Of a stretch of 24,069 nucleotides of DNA, positions 1 to 9,018 are shown piece after piece; positions within the stretch are counted from its first letter, which is position 1, and every line of letters starts with the position of its first letter. The translations under genes and the position numbers were made by a program. The notes below the pieces were generated by a model, which saw only the letters and a list, made by a program, of their open reading frames with translations, did no database searches and was not told the DNA's origin. The DNA comes from a virus (taxonomy: Duplodnaviria > Caudoviricetes), in the IMG/VR virus record IMGVR_UViG_3300042261_000478, positions 1-24,069 of that record; one strand, 5' to 3'.

Positions 1-472
1 GAGTAGTCGCTTCGTAAGGGTCGGTGTCGGCATTGTCCCGTTGTCCCGCTTCCACGAATAGTTTCTCGATGACTCCGTTATCCACGACCGCAGCATAACG
101 CCAAGACCGATCACCGAAACCAAGGTTAGACTTGTTGACAAGCATTCCCATAGAACGTGTGAAGTAAGCATTGCCGTCTGGAATGAGTTTTACATTCTCA
201 ATGTTCTGGTCTTGAGCCCAGGCATTCATAACAAAACCGTCATTAACAGAGACACAATAAATGTCATCAATACCAAGTCCAATAAAATCTTGGTACTTCT
301 CTTCAAATCCAGGGAGTTGATAAGCACTGCAAGTAGGAGTGAATGCACCAGGCAGACTGAAAATAACCACACGCTTACCATCAAAGAGATTGGCAGATGT
401 GCGAGTAACAAACTCTCCATTCTCTCTGAATACAAAATCTACTTGTGGGATTTGATATCCTTCTTTACGCAT
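1..472 (-). CDS. Peroxiredoxin, Prx5/type II-like (3' end runs off the window)
   Basis: Manual translation from ATG at 472: MRKEGYQIPQVDFVFRENGEF...VVIFSLPGAFTPTCSAYQLPGF...IYCVSVNDGFVMNAWA...LIPDGNAYFTRSMGM...GFGDRSWRYA. PGAFTPTCS is the peroxidatic motif of Prx5-type enzymes. GGAGGTGA RBS just upstream. Not in the ORF track because there is no stop codon in the window. Confidence 0.95.
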   Translation of the reverse strand, partial: MRKEGYQIPQVDFVFRENGEFVTRTSANLFDGKRVVIFSLPGAFTPTCSAYQLPGFEEKYQDFIGLGIDDIYCVSVNDGFVMNAWAQDQNIENVKLIPDGNAYFTRSMGMLVNKSNLGFGDRSWRYAAVVDNGVIEKLFVEAGQRDNADTDPYEATT

Positions 473-485
473 AGTCACCTCCATT

Positions 486-589
486 TCACCATACTCCGGG
501 GATGATCTGACCGGTGACAGCATAGCTGCCCATAGCGGCAATGATACCAATCATCGCAGCCCAACCGTTAATACGTTCTGCTCTTTCGT

Positions 590-593
<4 letters not shown>
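486..593 (-). CDS. hli: High-light inducible protein (short, 35 aa)
   Basis: Manual translation MNERAERINGWAAMIGIIAAMGSYAVTGQIIPGVW*. Carries the AExxNGxxAMIG chlorophyll-binding motif and the TGQIIPG tail typical of phage/multicopy hli. ATGA overlap with the upstream ORF. Confidence 0.95.
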
Positions 594-1095
<502 letters not shown>

Positions 1096-1182
1096 TTAGT
1101 AAGTCTCTGATAGTTGATTAACTGAGTGTGCCAGTAAAACGAAAAAGGCAACACTAGTAATTGTAAAGATAATTGAAGTCAT
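1096..1182 (-). CDS. Small hydrophobic single-TM peptide (28 aa)
   Basis: Manual translation MTSIIFTITSVAFFVLLAHSVNQLSETY*. It fills the hli-petF gap, leaving 9 nt and 3 nt spacers. Confidence 0.65.
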   Translation of the reverse strand: MTSIIFTITSVAFFVLLAHSVNQLSETY

Positions 1183-1191
1183 TGTCAAGTA

Positions 1192-1401
1192 TCAGAAGAG
1201 TCCGAAGAAGAGTTTTCCTGTGGTTGCATAAGAGATAAAACCAGCCACGATCCCAAGCATAGCCCAGCGACCATTAGCGGATTCAGCGCGTTCAGCATAA
1301 GTCTTCATCCCATATTTGAGTGCGTCTTCATCAGAAATATAAACAGGGGGCTCAATCGCCCACATATTCTGTTGTCCACGTTCGTTAGTTGTAACAGTCA
1401 T
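1192..1401 (-). CDS. hli: High-light inducible protein (69 aa)
   Basis: MTVTTNERGQQNMWAIEPPVY...AERAESANGRWAMLGIVAGFISYATTGKLFFGLF, with the ExxNGRxAMLG motif. Confidence 0.95.
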   Translation of the reverse strand: MTVTTNERGQQNMWAIEPPVYISDEDALKYGMKTYAERAESANGRWAMLGIVAGFISYATTGKLFFGLF

Positions 1402-1409
1402 TTTAGTTT

Positions 1410-1427
1410 GTTAAGAAACGTTACACA
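1410..1427. promoter_or_regulatory. HLR1-like (RpaB-type) direct repeat overlapping the predicted hli start site
   Basis: + strand GTTAAGAA-AC-GTTACACA versus HLR1 consensus KTTACAWW-NN-KTTACAWW (3 mismatches). Confidence 0.45.
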
Positions 1428-1456
1428 ATTATATAGGAAATCTAAAGAAAAAACAA
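1428..1456 (-). promoter_or_regulatory. Sigma70-type (early) promoter of the hli-petF-prx operon
   Basis: Minus strand TTGTTT-17 nt-TATAAT, ending 26 nt upstream of the hli ATG. Confidence 0.7.
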
Positions 1457-1477
1457 GGGTGGAAACCCACCCTTGTT
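1445..1477 (-). terminator. Intrinsic terminator downstream of the porin
   Basis: Perfect 11-bp stem AACAAGGGTGG-GTTT-CCACCCTTGTT followed by TTTTCTT on the minus strand. Confidence 0.85.
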
Positions 1478-1516
1478 AGAAAATGCTGACTTTAATAAGT
1501 ATAAATGCTTACTAAA

Positions 1517-2998
1517 TCAGAAACGGAAAGTCGTCTGAATCACACCACCATAGTTAGAAGAAGAATTCTTCAGAGCTTGGTTGTTAGACACATAGAACAC
1601 AGCAGGAGTAATGCTGATTGCATCGCTAACCTTGTAACGATAGAACGCTTCCCACATTACAGCATCCTTAGTTAGGGATTCTGCATTACCAGGAGCACCA
1701 ATGGCAAAACCAGCAGCATTACCCTTGGCAAACACATCGCTCCACTGAAGACCTGCCATCCAGGTTTGGGAGTTGGTTGCAGCATTAGGAGTTGCGGGAC
1801 CACTTACGGTATTCCAACTATAAGAACCACTCACGGAAGGAATAATACCCGACTTCTTGGGTTGCCAGTATGCGTTCAGAGCATAACCATTGGAGGTTTG
1901 GTTAGCAGCAAGAGTGCCACCATTACCAGCGATACCATTAAAGGTGCGGATACGAGTTCCTTGAGTACCATAACGATAACCGAATGCAGCACCCCATTGA
2001 GGAGCACGATAACCGAACTGTGCCAGAGTATTCAGACCACCTTGTTCGTTAAACACACCAGTAGAAGAACTATCTCCAGTCTGAGCAACATAGTTCAGAC
2101 CAGCAACGATACCACCTTTCTTTCCAGGTTGGGCATACTGAACACCAAAACCTTGACCAGTTGCCTTGTTATAAACACCAGGGGCACCAGCAACAGCAAA
2201 GAAGTCAAGAATATCCGACTTATAAACAGTAGGAGTCCAAGCCATCTCGGTGTTACGAACCAAAGCACCAGCGGTCAGAGTTACACCTTTAGCAAGTGCA
2301 GGGAAACTGTAGTACAGACGGTCAAGTTGTACGGCATTGGAAGTGCTTTCTGCCTTGTCCAGTTTGAACAGGGAGGAAGAAGAACCGAAGGGTTGACTGG
2401 AGAAGTTACCAGAACGCAGACGGGTCTTGAGTAGATCTTTACCAGTGAAGGAAGTATCAAAGTTCAGACGAAGATCATAGTTAAATGCTGTGTTACCAAC
2501 GTTAGTTCCGTTAGCAAGGCGAGCATTATCTACACCACCAAGAACGAAGGTTGCTTCACCACGCAGTTTAGTGGTGGTAGAGAACTGCTGTGCCTGAAGA
2601 GCAGCAGATTGCTTCTCCAGTTTGGCAACACGACCACGAAGAACTGTTAGTTCATTCTGGAACTCATTTGCAAGACGAGTCAGTTCATCGGTAACTTCGG
2701 TTACGCGATCCAGACAAGCATTCAGAAGTGCTGCTGCTTCAAAGCGAGTCATTGACTTTTGACCACCGTAAGTGCCGTTGGGATAACCAGCAACGCAACC
2801 ATAACGCTCAACCAGATTGTTGAGTGCCTGATAAGCCCAGTCGGTAGGACGGACATCAGTCAGTTGAGTGATACTTGAGACCTGCTCGGAAGAGGCATAT
2901 TGGTTGACTGCTGCAATATTAAGGTCTGCGGCATTCGCAGCAACAGGAGCAACCATTCCCAGAGCAACAGGTGCAAGCATCAGTTGTTTGAGTTTCAT
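1517..2998 (-). CDS. Cyanobacterial outer-membrane porin (SomA/SomB-type; SLH domain plus beta-barrel)
   Basis: Signal peptide MKLKQLMLAPVALGMVAPVAANAA; SLH domain (DVRPTDWAYQALNNLVERYGCVAGYP...TRFEAAALLNACLDR); coiled coil; QQFSTTTKLRGEA barrel start; C-terminal GVIQTTFRF ending in Phe. Start moved from 3043 to ATG at 2998 because of the signal peptide. Confidence 0.95.
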   Translation of the reverse strand: MKLKQLMLAPVALGMVAPVAANAADLNIAAVNQYASSEQVSSITQLTDVRPTDWAYQALNNLVERYGCVAGYPNGTYGGQKSMTRFEAAALLNACLDRVTEVTDELTRLANEFQNELTVLRGRVAKLEKQSAALQAQQFSTTTKLRGEATFVLGGVDNARLANGTNVGNTAFNYDLRLNFDTSFTGKDLLKTRLRSGNFSSQPFGSSSSLFKLDKAESTSNAVQLDRLYYSFPALAKGVTLTAGALVRNTEMAWTPTVYKSDILDFFAVAGAPGVYNKATGQGFGVQYAQPGKKGGIVAGLNYVAQTGDSSSTGVFNEQGGLNTLAQFGYRAPQWGAAFGYRYGTQGTRIRTFNGIAGNGGTLAANQTSNGYALNAYWQPKKSGIIPSVSGSYSWNTVSGPATPNAATNSQTWMAGLQWSDVFAKGNAAGFAIGAPGNAESLTKDAVMWEAFYRYKVSDAISITPAVFYVSNNQALKNSSSNYGGVIQTTFRF

Positions 2999-3031
2999 AA
3001 AAATTTGTTTTTGTTCTATAGGACACAAAGA

Positions 3032-3062
3032 GTTACCGTGCAAATAGTTGCGGCACGGTTAC
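3032..3062 (-). promoter_or_regulatory. 5'-leader stem-loop of the porin mRNA
   Basis: GTAACCGTGC-11 nt-GCACGGTAAC (9 of 10 bp pair), immediately downstream of the predicted start sites. Confidence 0.55.
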
Positions 3063-3069
3063 TTCGCGG

Positions 3070-3104
3070 TATTTATCTTAACATTCTCTTTGGGATTGTG
3101 TCAA
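3070..3104 (-). promoter_or_regulatory. Overlapping sigma70-type and T4-like late promoters of the porin
   Basis: TTGACA (3104-3099)-18 nt-TAAGAT (3080-3075) with a TGn extension. Overlapping GATAAATA (3077-3070) matches the cyanomyophage late consensus NATAAATA. Confidence 0.65.
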
Positions 3105-3919
3105 GAGTTTTGTTGCGCTGCAGAGTTTTCTACAATTCTTCCAAGATACGGGTCATAATCCATATAATCACGGATATTTACTGATGTTCCTTGTTGTTCC
3201 CAATAATTCAACAATGCGTCGTGTGGACCCTTATGGAAAATACCAAGATGTTCTGGATGTATAGCAGACCCCATTTCCAAATTATAAAGAAACAATGGAA
3301 TCGTATATGTTTTACCAGTTTCCAAAATAGTATCTTCAGAAACTGCTCTTGGTTTTACTCCATTATCCAATTTAAATTTATCACCACGAATATGATGTTT
3401 CATCATTTTTGCAGCGTGATGCCTACTGATTAAGTAAATTGCAGCAGAAAAATCATTAATAAATTTTAAATGTAATTTAACGTGAATATCTCCAGTACAA
3501 ATCGTAGTTAACTGTACACAGTCCCAATCATACGGAACCAAAGAAAAGAACTCTGTCCAAGTAAAGTTCCAGTGCTTAACGGTGTTGAAGTTAACATCAT
3601 CTTCTAAAATCAAACAATAATCATCATTGGTTTCTTCATAGAAATGTTTGATTGCTTTAAGATGAGACATACAGCAACCCAATTCATTTTGACTTACACC
3701 ATCAGGTATTCTACCTTTTAAATGAGAAGAAACATCATCTTCTCTACCATCATATCCAGAAATACGAGTATGATTTTCAATTTCCCAATATTTAAATTGA
3801 AGTTCCATATAATCTCGACGATGTTTATCAGCATCAAGATTTAACCAGTAAATATGAGGAATACCTTTAAGTTTATACGCTGATTTGTTTTTATCAAGCA
3901 GCAATTCTTGTCCAGTCAT
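3101..3919 (-). CDS. Glycosyltransferase family 25 (LPS biosynthesis-like)
   Basis: IYWLNLDADKHRRDYM, RISGYDG, ELGCCMSHLKAI and LILEDDV are characteristic GT25 motifs. Confidence 0.9.
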   Translation of the reverse strand: MTGQELLLDKNKSAYKLKGIPHIYWLNLDADKHRRDYMELQFKYWEIENHTRISGYDGREDDVSSHLKGRIPDGVSQNELGCCMSHLKAIKHFYEETNDDYCLILEDDVNFNTVKHWNFTWTEFFSLVPYDWDCVQLTTICTGDIHVKLHLKFINDFSAAIYLISRHHAAKMMKHHIRGDKFKLDNGVKPRAVSEDTILETGKTYTIPLFLYNLEMGSAIHPEHLGIFHKGPHDALLNYWEQQGTSVNIRDYMDYDPYLGRIVENSAAQQNS

Positions 3920-4706
3920 TGGGAATCAAATCTTTAGTGTCGTGATCTTTTGTGTATCCAGTTCCAAACCACTGGATTGGGGCAATAACTTTTTTATTTT
4001 TATTTGAAGAAAGCCAAGCTCCCCACCAAGAAAATGAAGAGTTGGCAATGATAAAATCATCGCAAAGAGACATTAAACAGAGATCAACTCTGTTATCTGT
4101 GTTTTCCGAAATCAAAAAACGATCATCTGCAAATAGTTTCTGTTGATTACACCAAGTAGGATCATCAGAGAAAACAATCACATTTCTATCAGTATCAAAA
4201 TGTTCAAGTGCTTTTTTATAATAGTCTATTGAACAAGGTGGATGATTATCGCTATTTTTAACATAATCAGTTCGTCGAACGTGAAGAGCAATAGGATTTT
4301 CTACAGAAGAAATCATTTCTTTGCAAGGATTAAGAATCTCATCCTTGAAAGTAAAATCTTCACGAATCTCATCTTCAATATGCTTGAAGTATTTTTCGGT
4401 TTGAAAATATCCTTGAAGGCTTACGTGATCTGGACATAAAGTAAAAAGTTCTTCATCAAAATGAAAAAATCTTTCCTGAACAACAGGAGAGTGCCCATTA
4501 TTCAAGATACCGATATTTACATTTAAATCAAAAGAATCGAACAACTCTGTCCTCAACATATTACCAATCCCATCATCAACTGCTTGAGTGTGATTTGGAA
4601 TAATAATATCTGCGCCAATATTTTTTGCAATTCCTTTAAGAGATGCATACTGAAACATTTGATTTGCCAAACGTCCCATTCTGCCTAAGGCATTAAATCC
4701 TATCAT
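3894..4706 (-). CDS. Glycosyltransferase family 11 (alpha-1,2-fucosyltransferase-like)
   Basis: GRLANQMFQYA, GYFQTEKYF, LHVRRTDY, FSDDPTWC, IIANSSFSWWGAWL. Confidence 0.93.
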   Translation of the reverse strand: MIGFNALGRMGRLANQMFQYASLKGIAKNIGADIIIPNHTQAVDDGIGNMLRTELFDSFDLNVNIGILNNGHSPVVQERFFHFDEELFTLCPDHVSLQGYFQTEKYFKHIEDEIREDFTFKDEILNPCKEMISSVENPIALHVRRTDYVKNSDNHPPCSIDYYKKALEHFDTDRNVIVFSDDPTWCNQQKLFADDRFLISENTDNRVDLCLMSLCDDFIIANSSFSWWGAWLSSNKNKKVIAPIQWFGTGYTKDHDTKDLIPNDWTRIAA

Positions 4707-5509
4707 TTCAATTGTTCTCTACGTATTTTAAGATAGTCTTGGTTTTCATAATACTGTATAAGTTTGTCTCTGTCAAATGTTTTAATTGTATTCCAAAGTT
4801 GCCAGTTATTATTAAAGTTTGGGTTACTGAACCAAGAGTTATGAGTTCTACTGTGTTCTAGATGATAGACGTAATTATCAATTCGCGCAATTCTATTCCC
4901 TAATGTGCTCATACGAAAATAAAATTCATCATCTTCACATCCCCAAGATACAAAATTTTCATTCATCATATAACAGTCAATATATTTTTGACGATTAATG
5001 AATTGAGTCCAACCAATTGTAGAATTTGATAACGTCTTATTTTTATCTAAAACAGAGATATCAAATTTATTTACAAACTCTTCATAGATTTGCATATTAT
5101 ATTCTGCTTTCCACTGGTAGATACCACATCCATATGGATACACTACATCTGCTTGTCCATCATTAATAGCACCATATGCCTGGTGATATGAAGATAATGG
5201 AAGAATGCAGTCTGCATCATAGTTTGCTACCACTTTTGTATCGGCGGCAACAATCAAATCATTTAGAACTTTACTTTTACAAAATAAAGATTCATTATTC
5301 TCTTCATACAAAAAAGTTAAGTTATCTGTATTTGCATATTTTCTAATCTCAGGTAGTGCTCTAAATTGAAATGTAGGATGGTTAGATACTTCTTTAACAA
5401 TTACTTTTGCTGGTATATGTCTTAACAGATAAGAAACGGATGATATAATGTTTCTCAATCTATCTTCTGTTTCAATTCTGGTCGGAATAAGAAAAGTAAG
5501 ATTCATCAT
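4703..5509 (-). CDS. GT-A fold glycosyltransferase (GT2/GT7-C galactosyltransferase-like)
   Basis: LTFLIP...DRLRN, NYDADCI (DxD), MNENFVSWGCEDDEFYFR, YHLEH. Confidence 0.85.
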   Translation of the reverse strand: MMNLTFLIPTRIETEDRLRNIISSVSYLLRHIPAKVIVKEVSNHPTFQFRALPEIRKYANTDNLTFLYEENNESLFCKSKVLNDLIVAADTKVVANYDADCILPLSSYHQAYGAINDGQADVVYPYGCGIYQWKAEYNMQIYEEFVNKFDISVLDKNKTLSNSTIGWTQFINRQKYIDCYMMNENFVSWGCEDDEFYFRMSTLGNRIARIDNYVYHLEHSRTHNSWFSNPNFNNNWQLWNTIKTFDRDKLIQYYENQDYLKIRREQLK

Positions 5510-6375
5510 TGTTGAATTCTCTCTTCTGGGATTGGTTCAACAATCCAAGATTCTGGAATCAAATCTTTAAGATTATTAAAAGAAAGTTTTTCACCAAACC
5601 AGGGAGTCTGTGCGATTACTTTTTTGTTTGGATTTTTTTGTAACCAAGCACCCCACCAAGATAATGAACTATTAGCAATAATTGCATCACTACACAGTGT
5701 CATCAAACACAGATCGTAAAATGGAACCAAAGATTTTTCCATCTGACCAGCACCATTCAACACTTCTTTTGGATAATAAATTCTAGTTTCAGACAAATAG
5801 AATCTATCATCAGTAAAAAGTTTTTGTTCTCTTACCCAATCAAGATCATCGGAACAAATCAATACGGGTTGATTGTCTGAAAAGTGTTTATTAAGAAGAT
5901 ACTCATAATGTTCAATAGTAGGAATTGGATACCAATCTGGACGACCTACATTGTCTCCTCTACGAATATGAAGTAAAACAATGTTTCCATTGAACTGATC
6001 TATAAACTCTTTGCAAGGTTCATAGATTTCATCTTTGAATTGATAGTCTTCACGAATAGAATCTTCAATATGTTTGAAATACTTTTCAGTTTGACGATAT
6101 CCATCAATGTTTATATTATCTGGGCAACTATTAAAGAGTTTTTCGTCAAAATCAAATCCAGGTTCATCGTGTGTTGGACCATTAATAAGTCCTATATGTT
6201 TCAAGTTTTTTAGTTTAAAGGCATCAAAAAGACCGTAGTTTGCATAAGTTGGAGTATCCTCTGGAGGAATGCACCAATCCAAATTATTATTTGAAGCAAT
6301 TCCTCTAAGGGCAGCGTATTGAAACATTTGATTGCCCAAACGTCCATTAGTTCCTAAACGATTATATCCAATCAT
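5506..6375 (-). CDS. Glycosyltransferase family 11 (second paralog)
   Basis: GRLGNQMFQYA, GYRQTEKYF, LHIRRGDN, CSDDLDWV, IIANSSLSWWGAWL. Confidence 0.93.
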   Translation of the reverse strand: MIGYNRLGTNGRLGNQMFQYAALRGIASNNNLDWCIPPEDTPTYANYGLFDAFKLKNLKHIGLINGPTHDEPGFDFDEKLFNSCPDNINIDGYRQTEKYFKHIEDSIREDYQFKDEIYEPCKEFIDQFNGNIVLLHIRRGDNVGRPDWYPIPTIEHYEYLLNKHFSDNQPVLICSDDLDWVREQKLFTDDRFYLSETRIYYPKEVLNGAGQMEKSLVPFYDLCLMTLCSDAIIANSSLSWWGAWLQKNPNKKVIAQTPWFGEKLSFNNLKDLIPESWIVEPIPEERIQQ

Positions 6376-7529
6376 AAATTTACCACAAAAATTGGTTCGG
6401 TTATATTTTCTTTATTATCAACAAATCTAACTCTAGAATCGTATTTTGCAATGAGAGAATCATAAATTTGATTGATTACTCTCTTATCATTATGAATATA
6501 AACAGTATGTCCACGATCAAGAAGATCTGTACAAAGACGGTACTGCTGACTCTCTGTTAAAATATCGGTCCCTTTTTTGTAAGTAATGTAATCAAAATAA
6601 AATGGCAGATCTTTTTTATTTAAATTCGCATAAAAATTACAAACAAATTCTGCGTGTTCATTATTGATTCCGTCCACCACAAATCCAAGGTTATAATTCA
6701 TACCAAGTTTTTTAGCAAACGCGGCAAATGCTCTATTATCTCTTGGAAGACAAGGACCACCATAACCTAAACCATAGTTCAAATATTTCCTACCAATTCG
6801 GGTATCTGCCCCAATTGCACCAAGAACACCAATTACTTCATCTCCACATCCAGCCATTGCCAAAACATCACCTAGCATATTGGCATAACTAATTTTAGTT
6901 GTCAAAAAGCAATTGATTGCAATTTTTGTAATTTCTGCAGCAGTAGTTGACATAGCACAAACTATTGCTCGACTAGTTTGAATTTTTGTATACAACTTAC
7001 GAATATCAGAAATAATGGGATTATCACTTCCGATTTCACTGTCATACCCAAGCAGAACCATATCAGCATTACGTAAATCGTTGATGATAGTACCCTGAGC
7101 GATAAATTCTGGATTGTAAAATACTTTTACATTCTTAGGTAATTGTTTTTTAAATTCTTCACAGTCTCCAGGATTAACTGTACATCCAACAACGAAATAT
7201 TTTTTAGTTGTAATATCAGAAAAGTCCTTTACAACACCCCAAACGGAAGAAACATCATAAGATCCATCAGAAAGAGAAGGTGTCGAAACTAGAGTGTAAA
7301 TCAAATCACACTCTTCAATAACTTCTTTATTACTGGTAGTTGCTCTAAAATTAGTTGCTCCACGCAATAACGTATCTACTTCTGGTTCATTCGTGTCAAT
7401 TTTTCTTTGATTCAGTTGACTTACATAGTCTTCCCTAATATCCGAAACAAGGACATTATATCCAGCAGCTTCACAAAGAAGAGCAAAACAAATACCTAGT
7501 CTTCCAGCACCGATTACGCCAATTTTCAT
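6372..7529 (-). CDS. UDP-glucose/GDP-mannose 6-dehydrogenase family protein
   Basis: MKIGVIGAGRLG (Rossmann fold), VSTP, YNPEFIAQG, AEITKIAINCFLTTKISYAN, GLGYGGPCLPRD (catalytic Cys). Confidence 0.93.
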   Translation of the reverse strand: MKIGVIGAGRLGICFALLCEAAGYNVLVSDIREDYVSQLNQRKIDTNEPEVDTLLRGATNFRATTSNKEVIEECDLIYTLVSTPSLSDGSYDVSSVWGVVKDFSDITTKKYFVVGCTVNPGDCEEFKKQLPKNVKVFYNPEFIAQGTIINDLRNADMVLLGYDSEIGSDNPIISDIRKLYTKIQTSRAIVCAMSTTAAEITKIAINCFLTTKISYANMLGDVLAMAGCGDEVIGVLGAIGADTRIGRKYLNYGLGYGGPCLPRDNRAFAAFAKKLGMNYNLGFVVDGINNEHAEFVCNFYANLNKKDLPFYFDYITYKKGTDILTESQQYRLCTDLLDRGHTVYIHNDKRVINQIYDSLIAKYDSRVRFVDNKENITEPIFVVNL

Positions 7530-8269
7530 AGTTTGAATGTAGGAATGGGTTGCATTTTATGTTTATTGATTTCACCAAACTTAATTAAAGAGTTGAGACC
7601 TGGACCAGATCCAGTTTCCATAGCCTCTTCAAGTTCAGCGTATGAAGCACCGAGTTGATCTTCATCGGTTCTTCCATCATCCCAAAGACCATCTGTTGGT
7701 TTAGCATTGATAATTCTTGGATCAATACCCAAAAATTTTCCAAGTTCCCATACTTCAGTCTTATAAAGATCTGCGATAGGAGCGATATCGACCCCACCGT
7801 CACCATATTTAGTATAAAACCCTACACCATAATCTTCAACTTTATTGCCAGTTCCTACAACGATTCCACTTACAGATCCTGCAACTTGATAAAGAGTTAC
7901 CATTCTAAGGCGAGAACGACTATTAGCAAGAGCGTGAGTATTAGAACCAAATTCTCTCATAGTGCATCTGAATGATTCAAATACATCAGTTAAGTTATAT
8001 TTTTGAACAATTACATTATCAAATTTTGTCTGTAACCATTCTAAATGCGAATCAGACAAATCTTCTTGTTCTGAATTTTGATGTATAGGCATTCCTAGTA
8101 CATAAGTTGGTAAACCAGTTGATGCCGCAAGAGTAGAAACTACCGCAGAATCAATTCCCCCAGATACTCCAACCACAAGAGACTTAATGGATGGGTTTTC
8201 TATAACATAGTCACCCAACCAGGTTACTATTCGGTTTTCTAAATTTTTAAAATCAGCAATTCTATTCAT
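7526..8269 (-). CDS. nadE: NH3-dependent NAD+ synthetase
   Basis: VVGVSGGIDSAV (PP-loop), NSRSRLRMVTLY, VVGTGNKVEDYGVGFYTKYGDGGVDIAPIADLYKTEV, PTDGLWDDGRTDEDQLG; no glutaminase domain. Confidence 0.92.
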   Translation of the reverse strand: MNRIADFKNLENRIVTWLGDYVIENPSIKSLVVGVSGGIDSAVVSTLAASTGLPTYVLGMPIHQNSEQEDLSDSHLEWLQTKFDNVIVQKYNLTDVFESFRCTMREFGSNTHALANSRSRLRMVTLYQVAGSVSGIVVGTGNKVEDYGVGFYTKYGDGGVDIAPIADLYKTEVWELGKFLGIDPRIINAKPTDGLWDDGRTDEDQLGASYAELEEAMETGSGPGLNSLIKFGEINKHKMQPIPTFKL

Positions 8270-8271
8270 AA

Positions 8272-9018
8272 TTAATTTTGGTAAATGGTATCTCCTACAA
8301 AAATTTTAAACTTCCAAGGATGTTTTTGGACTTTTAAATTGTTTATCCTAACAGCATTATAACCTAATATTGCATCTGGTGTAAAGGTGGGACATCCAGA
8401 ATCAATGATTGTTTTTAAGTTAGAATATGTTGATCCATACTTATCCATAACTTCAGATCCACCCCAAGCAACGATATCAAGAATTGCAAAATCTTTAACT
8501 TTAGTTTCAATCCAATCTATACCAGGGATAACATTAAAGACGTGAAGATTATTCTGATCATATCTTTCAAACTCACCTGGAGAATCTAAAAACGTTAAAT
8601 CGGTTCTCATACGCACAACGTAATCATACTTAAAACTATTCTCTTGCTCATATTCTTTTTTAAGATTTATTACTTTTTCAATCCCATAGAACATAGAAAT
8701 TTGATTATCTTTTGGATGTGCAAATGGCCACTGAGGATTCCAACTTTTTTCAAACAGAGATTCAAAGGATTTTGGTTTTTCATATGTTATTTTTTTAGGT
8801 TTCCAATTTTCGTCTATCCATTCTTTAACAGAAGAATCTGGCCAAGTTCCTTGTCCAACATCAGATCTAAATTGAGACCCCACCAAATCACCATCAAACC
8901 AAAGATGGGCAAAAACATCAACATTATCCTGACCCAATCTAAAATGTTCTTTATGATTATCAAAGCACTCCAAAATACTTCTAGGTCTACCCGAATAACA
9001 AAGAGCAATACGTGTCAT
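8272..9018 (-). CDS. Hypothetical protein, putative glycan-modifying transferase
   Basis: MTRIALCYSGRPRS...DVFAHLW...SMFYGI...YDYVVRMRTDL, a pattern I associate with polysaccharide loci. Start at 9018 gives an ATGA overlap. Confidence 0.6.
   Translation of the reverse strand: MTRIALCYSGRPRSILECFDNHKEHFRLGQDNVDVFAHLWFDGDLVGSQFRSDVGQGTWPDSSVKEWIDENWKPKKITYEKPKSFESLFEKSWNPQWPFAHPKDNQISMFYGIEKVINLKKEYEQENSFKYDYVVRMRTDLTFLDSPGEFERYDQNNLHVFNVIPGIDWIETKVKDFAILDIVAWGGSEVMDKYGSTYSNLKTIIDSGCPTFTPDAILGYNAVRINNLKVQKHPWKFKIFVGDTIYQN

Noticed and set aside
1766-2434. 222-aa plus-strand ORF
   Set aside because: Antisense shadow of the porin; no recognisable motifs.
2999-3043. Longer porin start given by the ORF track
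   Set aside because: The signal peptide begins at ATG 2998, and the extension starts inside the leader hairpin.
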